Of a DNA stretch of 64,000 nucleotides, positions 11,126 to 25,567 are shown piece after piece. This DNA is from Haliotis cracherodii (Eukaryota): positions 17,112,001 through 17,176,000 of the forward strand of contig NW_027266270.1 in the NCBI RefSeq assembly GCF_022045235.1. The letters are read 5' to 3'. The number at the start of each line of letters is the position of its first letter. The stretch's first letter is position 1. Both the position numbers and the translations under genes were made by a program. The notes beneath the pieces were generated by a model, which was not told the origin of the DNA, ran no database searches, and saw only the letters and a list, made by a program, of their open reading frames with translations.

Positions 11126-12044
11126 CTACTCCACGCCTTCTGCCTGTTTCTTTGCCTCTTTCGCGGCCAACTTCTGGTTAATGTCGTCCTGGGATACGTC
11201 ATAGTAATACAACCCGGTTGAAGAATAATCCACCTGAAAAACAAAATACCAAATAATAACACTCAAATTTTGTATGAAAATATTGGGCAAAATATAAAGA
11301 TGTTCTCACATTATGTGTATAAAATATGATAAACATTACAGCTTCTGGTTTCAAATTTGAAATTTTCCCTAAAAACAATTTACTTGAGATCATGTACCTA
11401 CTGTAACTGGTGCATGCAGGCAAAGATGATGTAAGCAAAGATCATATTTTGGAAATCTACTTTATCACTCTATGTAGTTACGATCCCAATTGCGTGGATC
11501 GATGCTCATGATATCACTCATGTCTGGTCCATGTGAGTGCGGCGTCAAACAACCAACCAACACTCTCAGCAAGTTCTCGGTACCAGTATTTCGACTTGAT
11601 GCGAGAGCTCCTCATCCCTATAGTTAGCTAGGTATACAACACTGGGAAGAATAAACCTCCTTCGTAAACTTTCGATCATGAACTTGGTGGTTATATTGAT
11701 GTCCATAACTTCCTTTCGTAAACAGCATTTAATCTGTGAAATTGGTACACCAGTACCTGCTGTTTAACAATCCGGTTTTGATATAAGTTACTCACGTATC
11801 CATAGTCCACCACAGCACCAACTGCGTACAAGCCGTAGTCATCGTAGTTGTATCTGGCGTAGTAATATTCATAATCTCTCTTGTCCTTGTTGTTCTGCTT
11901 GTCCACGTCGTTTGCAGAGGCGATGATTGATTTAGCGGCGTTCATGACGTTGTTGTCATGATTCTTGTTTGACCTCTTAGCCCTGGTTAGGGTTCTGGCG
12001 GAAGCAACGACAACAACGACTGCAAGGATGACGATAACCTTCAT
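11126..12044 (-). CDS. Gene A copy 2, 118 aa; join(complement 11796..12044, 11126..11233)
   Basis: Same exon lengths and splice sites as copy 1; core peptide identical; tail DVSQDD...EGVE. Confidence 0.88.
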
Positions 12045-12868
12045 GTTTGGATCTGTGAATATACATAAAATATATATCAAAGGTATGAAAAATAATCTCG
12101 TTAAGTAGTCAAAAATAAAAAAAATATCCCAATAACATTGACTTCTACCATAAAATATGACAAAAAACTTAAATGTATTTTAAATCCTCCAAATACGATT
12201 TATCTTAAGTTATGTTTGCCACTTTGGATTAGTTTAAGAGATATGATTAAACATGATATACGTCAACGATAGTCACAGCATGTAATTATATAAACTCGAG
12301 CTTCACGTTATGGAACGTCACTTGTATTTAACTCCAACGAGAAATAAGTTGACCCTCATCAGCGGATGGACCGCTCGGGTAACCAGGATGAGCTGTGGCC
12401 TGCACCCTTATTGTAACGAGTTGGGTGTACGGGGCTTTCAAGAGTACATGTATTTAAAAAATATAACCGCTTGTGAGCCTAATGTGAGAGAGAAGCCCGA
12501 AGTGATGAAAGTCTGTGTGACGTTGACCACTTTGGAGTAACCTTGAACAGAGGTATGAAAGTTCCGCTTTCAAATCCAAAGGGGTACAAATCAACTGGAG
12601 CAGTCTCCATTATATTAATATAAAATGTCACTATATTCTCTAAGAACCTGAACCAAACAAACACAATATGCACATATGTACATTTGCAACATTGTTAAAT
12701 AGAGTAATAGTCAAGAGAATGTATGAATTCAATACGCCAAGAACGAGGTGAAAATATATTTTTAATTTGTTAAGATATTTGTACAAAATTCATATTGCAA
12801 ACATAGACTGTTCCTGACCAGGGAACAATGCTATAATATAGCAAATGTAACAATGAAACTTTACTTAC

Positions 12869-13172
12869 CTGCCCAGTTGATATCTCGACATTCACACAGA
12901 CTATTTTGATAAATTGCTAAACTATAAAAGCATTTATATTACTATGAGCCTCCAAATATCGGACTTCTTTGTTTACTGTAGATTCCGACTGATAGAAATA
13001 TCCTTTGACCGTGCAGGTCAATGAAAGGGTATCCGTGTCGCGTTTTCTCAGCAACTACTGTATGGAACATGGAAGTACTGCAGGATTAAATATCAAGACA
13101 CAGAATATAAGCCCTGCGTGAATTGTGAATGTCATTTCTGTACTGAAGAGGATCCCAAGCAGCTCGAATCAG
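12869..13172. promoter_or_regulatory. Bidirectional promoter plus non-coding first exons, cassette 2
   Basis: Minus TATAAA at 12933-12938 with donor GTAAGT at 12863-12868; plus TATAAG at 13106-13111 with donor GTACGT at 13173. Confidence 0.72.
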
Positions 13173-13754
13173 GTACGTTCTGTGTAAATTAGGAGAAAAA
13201 CCTATTCTGTTATAAAATATACGGTGGTTCATCGTTGATCAAATACGGCTAAATATAACCACCTCAAAATTTAAAAACAGAATGTTTATCTACATTCTAC
13301 AAAAACTAAAATGCGTTTTTTAACGGATTCCTTTTCTTGCGGACGTATTTACCGCAGTGATGCATTCAGTAGTGATGCGTTTATTAACATTAACCAATCA
13401 AATTTGATCATCCTTCAATAGAATAAGTAATGTGCACCTTACTTATCCCCATAAACCTAGTCGGTAAGGTAGCCAATGGTTGAAGAGTTTGTTCTTGTTG
13501 AATAGTTGCAGAGTGAAAAAGGTTGCTGTGTTGTGGTCTTGTGTACACAAGTAAGGCAAAGAAGCATTGTTTGCGGAGAGTCGGTGGATGGGTGGCCGTG
13601 TACGGCAGCTTGACTTCAGAGAGTTTCTTTGTCTTTGGTCCTGCCCCACATGTAGCTAGCACATGCGGTGTCTTCTTGGGCAAATGACTTTGTTCAAAAT
13701 ATGTTTCATGGTCACCCAGCAGTAAATGGGTACCCGGCAGGATGGGATGGTATT

Positions 13755-13928
13755 GTGAGTGAGTGAGTGAGTGAGTATGGTTTTACGCCGCCTTTAGCAA
13801 TATTCCAGCAATATCACGGCGGGGGACACCAGAAATGGGCTTCACACATTGTACCCATGTCGGGAATCGAACCCGGGTCTTCGGCGTGAAGAGCAAACAC
13901 TTTAACCACCAGGCTACCCGACCGCCCC
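13755..13928 (-). mobile_element. SINE family 1 copy
   Basis: Full length; flanking repeat GGATGGTATTGTGA. Confidence 0.85.
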
Positions 13929-14579
13929 TGGATGGTATTGTGACTGTTAACTTTGTAGAGCCTCACAGGCAGCTTGGGTTGTATACTCTGAAGTGAGAAT
14001 GAGAGTGTGAGTGCACACGGGTCCAATGACCAGGGAGAAAATAAAGCAGCGCTTCGAGTATACACCAGCTGTTTGAAGTTATATTCCATCACTCACGCCC
14101 TCAAAACCAGCATCAGATTGAGGTTATTCAGTACAGCAAGCTGCAAAAACCATTACTTATTACCGCGAGTGATTACAGGCTATATCACATATTACTCTAT
14201 GTCGGTCGCAAGGCTCTTCTTAACTGAAAACTTGACCGGCGCCGCCATTTTGATTATAAATATTATGATAAGTGGAATCTGATTTGTCAATAGAAGGGAC
14301 ATAACTCGTTATTGTCACTGGTGGCGCTACACTCTAGCCGCGAAATTCCAGCTTAGTTCGGCAAGGGTGAAACTGAACTTTTACAGTCAGTTAACTCACT
14401 TACCTTAGGAAGATGCTTAGTGGGGATTGACAGATTAATTATAGTATTACTAATATAAGTGAGTGAGTTTGTATTTACGCCGCTTTTAGCAATATTCCAG
14501 CAATATCACGGCGGGTGACAGTAAGATGAAAGAATTGGGGCTTCTTTAATTTCTTTTGGGTAATTTAGATGGAGTGACA

Positions 14580-14625
<46 letters not shown>

Positions 14626-14788
14626 AACTACAAAACTGGTTACAGTTCATGCGAACAATATAGAGTTCAACTGGCTTTAATATATTACAATGATTATCAT
14701 GGAAATTGCAGAATCATGAGAATATTAGACATAAAGCAATAACTGTAGCATACATTTCGATGAAAGGTTGGATATATTTCTCCACAGA

Positions 14789-16360
14789 ATGAACGTTACA
14801 TTTGTCTTCGTGGTGGCTTGCCTCGTGGCCTTGACCTTGGCTACACCTCGTGACGCGAGGAAGAACGATAGAAAACAGGACCGACAGTCACAGCAGTCCG
14901 AGGCAGCGCCCGAGAAGAGGGACGCTTTAAACTTCTTCGATTATGACACGACTTACGGTTCTTCTTCCGTTACTGGTTACGAAGATCATGGTTATGTGAG
15001 TATTTGAGGTGAACGATTTCTGAGTATTTCGCAGTGCAGGATTTTTGCACCATTATAATGACGTCACGCTATAGCTCTTGCAGTTGATTCAGAGCCAGGA
15101 ATTCACTGGCCATTCAAACGGTTAAAAGGGCTAATTATAAGTATATGTAATTCTACATTTAATGTGCACCAAACTGAACAGAAAAACATGTGTATCATGT
15201 GGATACGATCGAGGTATGTCAGTTAAACTCATCTTCTTATGATATACGCGTACCATGACGTCTGAATCACACCATCTTCTCTGGACCCGTGACGATCCGG
15301 GGTAGAATAGGTCTTCAGCAACCCATGCTTGCCGTAAATGGCGACTATGGTTGTCGTAAGAGGCGACGAACGGGATCGGGTGGTCAGGCTCACTGACTTG
15401 GTTGATACGTGTCATCGATCCCAATTGCATGGGTCGATGCTCATGATATCAATCACTGGATTGTCTGGTCCAGACTCGATTAATTACATACCGCCGTCAT
15501 ATATCTGGAATATTGCTGAGTGCGGCGTTAACAACAAACCAACCAACCAACCGTCTGTGCAAGACAAGTTAAGACTGTCAGCTATGGTCAGCGCCTCGTT
15601 TTTCTTGCCGCTGCAACTGAACTTGGAGTTTCCCCGACTTCCCAGATCTTTAAGGCACGATTAAAGACTCACCTTTTCTTGTGCGCTTCGAGTATACATT
15701 GCGTAAGGAGTTGTGCGCCTTACAATTAATTAAGGTCATTATCTTAAATGTCGGATTCTGATTGGCCGATTCTATTCTTTTTAATGAACCCTGCATGCAT
15801 ATAAGGTAGTTTTTTTATTTTCCCCGCTCGAATTTCCAAACTGTTGGCGTTACATTTGCAACATACCAATTGCAGTTTTGTATCTCGAATGAATCATGTG
15901 AGAAGCCATTCTCATGATATATACGTTATTTACGTATGGCATATCCAGGGGGAGTAACTCTTAGTATGTTTTCAGTCTGCTATTTTTGGACTGATTTGAA
16001 ACAATGAACAAAACGAATAAATTCCTAACTCATATTCTTACCTGATTCGGACTCTTGCATGAAAGTAGATAAGATAAATTCGTTGTCTATTAGTTTCCCT
16101 CCCTTATATTATTAACTGCTCGGTTCACATTTAGTTCCTTGTCATAACACCTCCCGGCCTTCACACCATACAACATGTGTACAATGACGAGTGACATCAG
16201 ACACCCACCATTTGTTCCACAGTATAACCAGTATGACTACGGGCTGGGATGGCTCGAGTACTACAACAAAGATGAGGAGCAACAGGAAGCCAAGCAGGAG
16301 ACGCAGCAGAGACGCCGTCGTCGTAGAAGGGCAGTTCCCGTTGTCAGACGAGTACAGTAG
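14789..16360 (+). CDS. Gene B copy 2, 114 aa; join(14789..14995, 16223..16360)
   Basis: Signal peptide, KR-DALNFFDYDTTYGSSSVTGYEDHGY, same splice sites as copy 1, last exon YNQYDYGLGW...RRRRRRRAVPVVRRVQ. Confidence 0.88.
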
Positions 16361-17002
16361 ACATGGAGCTGTAACACAACTGTAATGTTCTGCAATAAAC
16401 CTTGGAATTATTTTAGTCAACGACAAACTGATTATTTGTTCTTCCTATAATCCAGTATGCATGATGTAACCGGGATTGTGTTGGTATCAAAGAAGACCAG
16501 ACACTGGCTACGGAGCCGCTTTTAGCAATATTCCAGCAATATCACGGCGGGGTACCCTAGAAATGGGCTTCACACATTGTACCCATGTCGGGAATCGAAC
16601 CCGGGTCTTCACCGTGACGGACAAGGCAAATACTTCATACTAACGCACATGTTGTGATGAACGTTACAGCACATTACATGATGTAGTTGAGACCTAGAAT
16701 GAATGAATGAATGAATGAATGAATGAATGAATGAATGAATGAATGAATGAATGAATTTCCTCCAGAAGTTCCATCAGAAGATTGACAAAATCTCTGATAT
16801 TCACAAAGCATATATATATATATTCGTCATTAACTAAATTTTTTGTACACAAGTGAACACTATTACGATACAACAGATTAATCTAATACATTTCTGAAAT
16901 TTGAGACATATTCTCAGAATATTAATGATATGTCTTCCCATGTACACTGGTTCATAATTCCAAATTGTAAGTGGGCATTTAATACATTACTATTGAACTA
17001 CT

Positions 17003-17495
17003 ACTGTGCCAACTATTTCATATTTTACATGACATATACATGCCAATACAAATACTTACTTGTCTTTACCAAGCCAGTGTGCCCACTATTTCATATTTTA
17101 CATGAAATATACATGCCAATACAAATACTTACTTGTCTTTACCAATCCAGTGTGCCCACTGTTTCATATTTTACATGACATATACATGCCAATACAAATA
17201 CTTACTTGTCTTAACCAAGCCAGTGTGCCCACTGTTTCATATTTTACATGACATATACATGCCAATACAAATACTTACTTGTCTTAACCAAGCCAGTGTG
17301 CCCACTATTTCATATTTTACATGAAATATACATGCCAATACAAATACTTACTTGTCTTTACCATGCCAGTGTGCCCACTATTTCATATTTTACATTACAT
17401 ATACATGCCAATACAAATACTTACTTGTCTTTACCAAGCCCGTGTGCTTACTATTTCATATTTCCAAGAAATATACATGCCAATACAAACACATA
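17003..17495. repeat. 73-bp minisatellite, about 6.5 copies
   Basis: Period seen in sequence and in staggered ORFs 17060 and 17133. Confidence 0.9.
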
Positions 17496-17849
17496 TCTTC
17501 ACGTATAACCAGTGTACATCTATTATGACATATACAAAATGATACTAAAATTTAAATAAATGAGTCTTTAAGCGAAAAAGATCGATAGAAAATTGAATTT
17601 ATGAACGTATTAGAAAATCAGAATGAAGCCTGCCTTACAAATTAGAATTTAGAATTTATTTTCTTAGTTGTTTTGTTTTGATTTTTTTAAAACATGCCTT
17701 CACCTCAGCTTAAACTGAACGGTAATTGTGACTGTCAATATATCCTAAATCTCAGACTAACTGAATCTCACATAATTACCCACCCCAAAACAACCCCCCA
17801 ATACATAACATAAACAGAAGGACGAGCATTTTACCAATAATTTTGTGGT

Positions 17850-18170
17850 CGCCAGACACGACCACGCCTATCAAGTGCAAACTGAAAACTCATCTGAAAA
17901 CATGACACGTGACCAGCGATGGACTAAGGGGCGGAACAACACGTGGCCGTCGAGTATGGAGATGAACTGCATGAAGACGATTCCTCGTCGTCTGACCCAT
18001 AACTCGCCTGATGAAGGTTTGCAACAATTTGATTAGCCATGTGAGCTCGATTTCGTAGAGATGGTTTCGGATCAATCGATCCTGTACTCTTGTCGTTGAC
18101 CTGGGACACCCTGAATGGGATCGATCGTCATTATTTTGGTTTGTTGGTACCTGTTCCATAGTCTGCTAAT
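17850..18170 (-). mobile_element. Tc1-family transposase N-terminal relic
   Basis: RSHSGCPRSTTRVQDRLI...TTRNRLHAVHLHTRRP resembles the Tc1 HTH region. Confidence 0.65.
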
Positions 18171-19079
18171 CACAGACCGTGAAGCATTGAATGTTTCAGC
18201 CACTGCACACTGACTTCTAGTCCTGCACCATGACCGTGGAATATATTTATTTTATGAAAAAATAATAATCTAGAAATGCATACAAAAGCAAGTCTAGCCA
18301 GCTCAAGCTAGCTCTATTCCACAAATCAGCATAGGGATTTTTTTATTTTTAGAGTCAAGAAGGATATTGTGTAATATAAGATTTCAGAGACTAAATGTTA
18401 GTCTAACTGACTTCCGAAAGCTTGCCAATAACCCGGAGATGATCCGCGCGTTGCAGACGCGGTTCATACACAAACTATGAATTAAATCAAGTAAATCACA
18501 ACTGTTTGAAAAGAAGAATCAATGAGACAGTAATAATGGTCCACAGAGATTAGTTGACCTACCTTGCAAGTGTCAAAATTAGGAGTGACACCCAACGCAC
18601 CTGTTGGCGCTACTAAATTATAGGATGTGTTTTGGTGTTAAGTCTTACCCGACATAAACGCTCTTGCATAGGCTGTTTGTCGTCAACAGTTATCCATGTT
18701 GCAATACTTGGTATTATCATTTATATGTTATGATCCCCTTCCTTTTTGAAGAGTGATGTAAAGAAATCTAACACATTATTTACAGTTGTACAACTGGATC
18801 AATGCCACTTTGACTACAGTGACATGTCCACTTCAGCAGATAAGTCTTTGTAAGGATAAGAATTTATGGATGAACAACTTCTTTATTACAATTAAGAGCG
18901 ACGTTTCGGTGTAGGTTCATCCATAAATTCTTATCCTTACATAGAACTCCAACTTCTAAATGCCTATCAAAGAAGATAAGTCTTTTGTTGTTTCTGGGTT
19001 GATTTCTCCCAGGACTTCATGATGGCAGATTTGAGCCTATGACGAAACTCTTCGGCTTTCCGGGGGCATGGGTGGCACA

Positions 19080-19436
19080 GTTGCGCTGATCATGATATCA
19101 CTTTTCAATTCAACCCTATATTTGACTTGTAACCCTGATTGAGATTTGCTCCTGGTTTTCTTAGCGGTATGTATTGTCACGGATAACAAGCAAAGACCGC
19201 CAGGCAAACACGTGTACTGAAACAGTTTTCCTTTCCCCATAAACCTCAGATACTGTTTATGGCAAAGAATAGTAAGCATCTTTCAGGTCAACTGAAACAG
19301 CCCGACACGAGACTTGAAATGATGATATACCACTTGTGTCAGCCAAATGTGGGAAGAAAGCCCAAAGCAAATCTCAATCAGGGTTACAAGACAAATATGG
19401 GTGTTATTTGAAAAGTGATATCGGAATGAGCGCAAC
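19080..19436. mobile_element. Inverted-repeat element with about 70-bp arms
   Basis: 19080-19150 is the imperfect reverse complement of 19366-19436. Confidence 0.65.
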
Positions 19437-20704
19437 CCACATCCCTGGACAATTTAATGTAGTGGCGGAATTGACATCTTAGAGGTTTGATGTTCAGAAT
19501 AAATTGAGGTGTTTGATAAAATGGATTTTACACTGAGGAAAGTTTGTCATTGATGTGTTTGCTTCCAGATTAAACTAACAAAAAGATTTGTGTAGATATC
19601 ACGTAAATGCATTTTACAGCAGGCTTTAGAAACATAGGTTTTTATGCCTTTCCTTTCAGTGTAATTGAACAGTGTATGACAAGATGGCGGGGAGAGGGTG
19701 CTAATCGTACCTGTGGACAACACAGTCCTATACCCGAGGCTGCTGAGTATGCTAGCGGACTCCCCAACTGTGTTGCAAAGGATGCAGAAGTTGCAGGCAT
19801 TGTCTTGGTCAACAAAACTACTTCTACTGAGTAGTTATTGTAGTTGGTGGCTTATCCGCTGTCAGGAGCAGCCTCGAAAGCCGAAGTGAGTGAGTGAGTT
19901 GGGTTTTTACGCCACTTTGAACAGTATTCCAGTTACATCACGGTATGTCAGCTTAATGTGGCAGGAAAGCCCGAAGTGATTCAGGTCTCAGAAGTTTACC
20001 ACTTCGGTGACACCCACGAGCTCGGGTATGGTTCTGACACATCTAGAAACATAATCAGGGCGCATCGGGATTAGAACCCACAATCATAGATTCCTGACGT
20101 GCCCAGGGGACGCAACTTGCAAATATTGTGCAAGAGTCTCAAACTCATCTTTCATCGCGTCTCTTATCTCTAAGATGACGGAATGGAAAATAGCGATCGA
20201 ACCAGACAAAGACACAGCTTGTCGGCCGTCACTTTTCCTGCTCTCGAACGAGTTGTTCTTTATTTGTGGTTGGTTATTTGACTTCTGGCTCTCCTCACTG
20301 TCAGACAAAGCAATGCTAACCTTGGCTTGCGCCATAGTTTCATGCACCGTTGCATGAAAGAACCACATTCACTTTTAAAATAAATTAACCTTCAACCGTT
20401 TCTTCGATGCTAAATCCATGTACTGAGATACCAAATTTGTCCCCTGGCACCAGGACGACAACGTTTATCAGACGGACGTGAACTAATGTGATCCGCGATC
20501 AAAACACACGTCTTCGATGTTTGACGCTAGCTCTAGGCGCTGATGTCACTCGCGCATTCTCATTGCTCTGTCACGGATCACTCAGAACTCATTAAGTGCT
20601 TACAACAAACTATCACAACTGAAGAAAACACGTTTTGAGACATTTTATTGGTATAGGTAAGAATGTGTGTCAGGAATGACAAATGAAACCCATCTTGTCG
20701 CGTG

Positions 20705-22560
20705 CTACTCAGCGCCTTCTGCCTGTTTCTTTGCTTCTTTCGCGGCCAACTTCTGGTTAATATCGTCCTGGGAAACGTCATAGTAATACAACCCGGTTGA
20801 AGAATAATCCACCTGAAAAACAAAATGCCAAATAATAACTCTGTAGTGAACGTGATATGTCATTTAATCATCACCCTTTCTCCCCCTCGCTGCAGTTAAT
20901 AGTGTTTGAAGCGGTGTAAATAAAAGCGACAGAACCCTTTCCATATCCAGATGAAATCTCTGCCAAAAACATAGATCACTGTCCGATTCCGACTATATCA
21001 TGAGCATTTGTTTATGACTCGCTATCAAATAGTGATGATACCAGGTGTTCGCCCATCAGTGGCACCTGTCACAAACACATGCAAAGGCAAGTCAATTGAA
21101 TTCACTCACAATGGCTCCATATGCACATGTAACTGAAATATGCATTATAATATGAGGAAACCTAGAGTTATTATAGAATAGAATAGAATTTTTTGCACAA
21201 GACGCCCTCGTTGGGGCATAGAACAAGCATAATACATTTGGTACATTTGAACAACACACACGTACACATTCATGAACACACACACACTACTACTACTGTA
21301 ACGGGCTTGTAAGACGAAAACATATTGGAATAATTTATAGTCAAAACTAGTCACTCAGATGTACTAGTCACTCTGATGTACTAGTCACTCTGATGTACTA
21401 GTCACTATGATGTTCTAATCACTCTGATGTACTAGTCACTCTGATGTACTAGTCACTCTGATGTACTAGTCCCTCTGATGTACTAGTCACTCTGATGTAC
21501 TAGTCACTATGATGTACCAGTCACTCTGATGTACTAGTCACTCTGATGTACTAGTCACTCTGATGTACTAGTCACTCTGATATTCTAATCACTCTGATGT
21601 ACTAGTCACTCTGATGTACTAGTCACTCTGATGTACTAGTCATTCTATATGTACATGCAACCCGTTAATTCACGTGGAACGTATTTTAGTACGATCCAGT
21701 TGAATGACAAAAACAAAAATGTTAAATACTATTGCGAAATACGTGATATACCTGATCCTATTGGGAACCCATGGGGTAATATTAGACGACAATACTAACC
21801 ACATATATATAGTGCTTATACGTGAATTTACAATAGAGCTGAGTATAAATATTAGGACTTGGTTTTCGATACCTTATCAGCGTGATAAGGCAACTCCTGC
21901 ATCCTCTTTAAGACAAGTTTAAGGAACATCCAATTTTATCTGGGTTTTTAAAAAAAATACAAATGTGTTTTGCTACTTTTTTCAGATAATGTGTATAAAA
22001 CCTGAATATGTCTCTAAAAATATACATAAAACATTTACCAACTGTGACTGATGCGGTATGTTAGCAAAGATACTTTGTCTCGCTATTTAAATTCTTAGCG
22101 AGAACATAAATACATTCCTAATCCCTACGTTTACGCTAGTTATACAACACTTGAAAAATTGCCCGCCTTATAAACTTACGTTCATGAATGCATGAATGCA
22201 CTTGGTGGATATGAATTCCTTTCGTACACAACATTCAATTTGTGAAATTATTTGAAAATGCTACAACAGTGCCTGCTGTTTAACAATCCGGTTTTGATAT
22301 AAGTTACTCACGTATCCATAGTCCACCACAGCGCCAACTGCGTACAATCCGTAGTCATCGTAGTTGTATCTGGCGTAGTAATATTCATAATCTCTCTTGT
22401 CCTTGTTGTTCTGCTTATCCACGTCGTTTGCAGAGGCGATGATTGATTTAGCGGCGTTCATGACGTTGTCGTCACGATTCCTGTTTGACCTCTTAGCCCT
22501 GGTTAGGGTTCTGGCGGAAGCAACGACAACAACGACTGCAAGGATGACGAGGACCTTCAT
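20705..22560 (-). CDS. Gene A copy 3, 118 aa; join(complement 22312..22560, 20705..20812)
   Basis: Intact frame with the same exon lengths; core identical at protein level with synonymous changes only. Confidence 0.88.
21345..21650. repeat. 17-bp minisatellite (GTACTAGTCACTCTGAT)n in gene A3 intron
   Basis: Direct inspection. Confidence 0.92.
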
Positions 22561-23234
22561 GCTTGGATCTGTGTATTAACATATTGAAGTCAAGGGTATG
22601 GATATTAATCACGTTAAGTAGTCATAAATCAAAAGTATCTCAATAACATTGACATTCACTATATAATATTACAAAAAAACTAATGCATTTTAAATCCTCC
22701 AAATATGATTTATCTAAAGTTATGTTTATAAGTTTAAGAGATATGATTAAACATTTAATGATAATAGGTTAAGCAATGTAAACTATACCCTGCACCCTTA
22801 TTGTGACGAGTTGTTGTAAGAAGCTTTGAAGAATACTTTTTTTAAATATCACCACCTGTACGCCCAATGTGAAAGGAAAGCCCGAAATGATGAAGGTCTA
22901 GACTTTGGGGTAACCCTTGAGCCGAGGTATGAAAGTTCTGCTTTCGATTTCCTATGGGGGAACAAATCCCAGTCTTCATGATATTACTATAAATATGTAC
23001 ACTTCTTTTCACAAACATCAACCAAACAAACCAAATACACAAATTTATATGTATGCAACATTGTTAATAAAGGGAGTAATGGTCAAGAGATGTTATGCAT
23101 TCAATACACGAGGTTAACGAGGTAAAACTATATCTGGATTTGTTATGACATTTTTATATGATTCATATTGGAAAATGACTGTACCCTGCCAGGGTATAAT
23201 GGTGTAATATAACAAATGTGACAACTTTACTCAC

Positions 23235-23558
23235 TTGCACAGTTGAAACCTCGATATTCACACAGAATACAATGTATGTTACATTGCTAAACTTTAATAG
23301 CATTTATATTAACATGAACCTCCAATTATCGGACTTCTGTGTTCACTGAAGATTCCGACTGATAGAAATATCCAGTCACCGTGCCTATCAAATTGAGGGT
23401 ATCCATGTCTCGTCTTCTCAGGTTTCTTCAGTTTCAGCACCTAGTAGATAGAACATGGAAGTATTGCAGGATTAAATATCAAGGCACAGAATATAAGCCC
23501 TGGGTGAATTGTGAATGTCATTCCTGTACTGTAGAGGATCCCAAGCAGCTCGAATCAG
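23235..23558. promoter_or_regulatory. Bidirectional promoter plus non-coding first exons, cassette 3
   Basis: Minus TATAAA at 23303-23308 with donor GTGAGT ending 23234; plus TATAAG at 23492-23497 with donor GTACGT at 23559. Confidence 0.72.
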
Positions 23559-24450
23559 GTACGTTCTGTGTAAATTAGGAGAAAAAACTATTCTGTTTTA
23601 AAATATACGGAGGTTCATCGTTGATGTTACACTTCGCGGAGTCAACAATGAACCTCAAAGTTAAAAACAGAATAGGTTTATCTCCGTTATACCACGCCTT
23701 TTTAGACGGACTTTATTTTTTGGGTCAGTGCAGTGATGCAGTCAGAAGTGGTTATCGCTCATTGTATTTTTTTTTATTTCGATAAACATAGTGAGTAGGG
23801 TATCCAAGTGGGTAAAGTGTTCGCTTGTCCGAGTTCAATTCTCCACATGGGTACAACGTTGGTCACTCCCGGTTGCAACTCCCGCTTCCTCCGATTACAG
23901 TTTTTACACAACGAGTGCGTCGCCAGATCTCGGTAAGCTCATACTAATTTAGGGTTTACCAACATGTTTACAAATGTAACTTGCAATATGTGGGAGACAC
24001 GTGAAGATTCCGGGGTAGAATAGGTCTTCAGCAACCCATGCTTGTCGTAAGAGGCGACTAACGGGATCGGGTGGTCAGGCTCGCTGACTTGTTTGATGCA
24101 TGTCATCGATCCCAATTGCGTGGATCGATGCTTATGTTGTCAATCACTGGATTGTCTGGTCCAGACTCGATTATATACAGACCGCCGTCATATAGCTGGA
24201 ATATTGCTGAGTGCGGCGTTAAACAACAAACAAACAAACAAACTGCAATAGGTGGGTTTTCCGTAATACACTGATAAAATAAACGCATCATGACATCACT
24301 GAATTTTGCAGTAATCGTGTGATCAGTAAGCCAAAGTCACCTATCAGAACGCAGTAGAAAATGTCTCGAAAACAATGAAAACAGACTGTTTTCTTATAAT
24401 GTAATAGATTTTTAACCCAACTATTTATCCATATAATGTCCGTTGTCATA

Positions 24451-24845
24451 GGGGCGGTCGGGAGGCCTAGTGGTTAAAATGTTCGCTCGTCACGCTGAAT
24501 ACTCGGGTTCGATTCCTGACATGGGTACAATGTGTAAAGCCCATTTCTGGTGTTCCCCGACGTGATATTGCTGGAATATTGCTAAAAGCGGCGTAAAACC
24601 ATACTCACTCACTCCGTTGTCATGATATTAATCGCCGGTTTCACAGGTCATGACTCGATTGGTTACAGGCCGCGGTCATATAGCTGGAGTGAGAGTATGG
24701 TTTTACGTCGCTTTTAGCAATATTCCAGCAATATCACTGCGGGGGACACACATGGGTTTCACACACTGTACACATGTGGGGATTCGAACCCGGGTCTTCT
24801 GCCTGACGAGCGAACGCTTTTACCACTAGGCTACCCCACCGCCCC
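24451..24845. mobile_element. Two SINE family 1 copies in inverted, tail-to-tail orientation (24451-24614 +, 24688-24845 -)
   Basis: Both match the family consensus. Confidence 0.8.
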
Positions 24846-25567
24846 TCATATAGCTGGAGTATTGCCGAGTGCATTTTAAAGTACATTAAAGACTTCTGAT
24901 GCGTTACGTATTTATCAACTTAATTCAATCGTGTGTTATTAAAACTTCAACTTTCTTCACAGCATTGTCACTATCAGAGGCGTAAAACACTACTCACTCA
25001 CTGAAAGATTTGTCTACATTTTGAAACGTAGCATCCTAGTGGGAATTACCACACCAACCCAACCCGGAAAATAAGTGTTGTCAGGCTCGGTGAGTGTGAG
25101 TGAGTTGGGTTTAACGCCGCTTTTAACAGTATTACAGTTATATCAAGGTGTGTCAGCTTAATGTGGGAGGAAAGCCCGAAGTGATGCAGGTCTCAGACGT
25201 TTACCATTTCGGTAAAACCCACGAGCACGGGTATGGTGCTGACAAACCTAGAAACATAATTGGAGAGAACCGGGATTCGAACGCCCAATCATAGGTTTCT
25301 GGCGTGCCCAAGGGACGCAACTCTGCTCAGCGAATCGCGGCGCCTTAGACGACTGGGCCATCCGTGCCCCCAGTCAGGCTCGGTGACTTGGTAGATACTG
25401 ACATCATGGCTGGGAGTGTCCTTCGTAGTGTTACTCTCTGATGTGCCTTGCCCAGACTTGATTATGTACAGAAAATGGCTTTCAATATATAAGAATTATT
25501 ATCACGAAAGTCGCCAGATGTCAGATGGTTCGATGGTGGATGACATTGTTAGATATTTCTCCACAGA

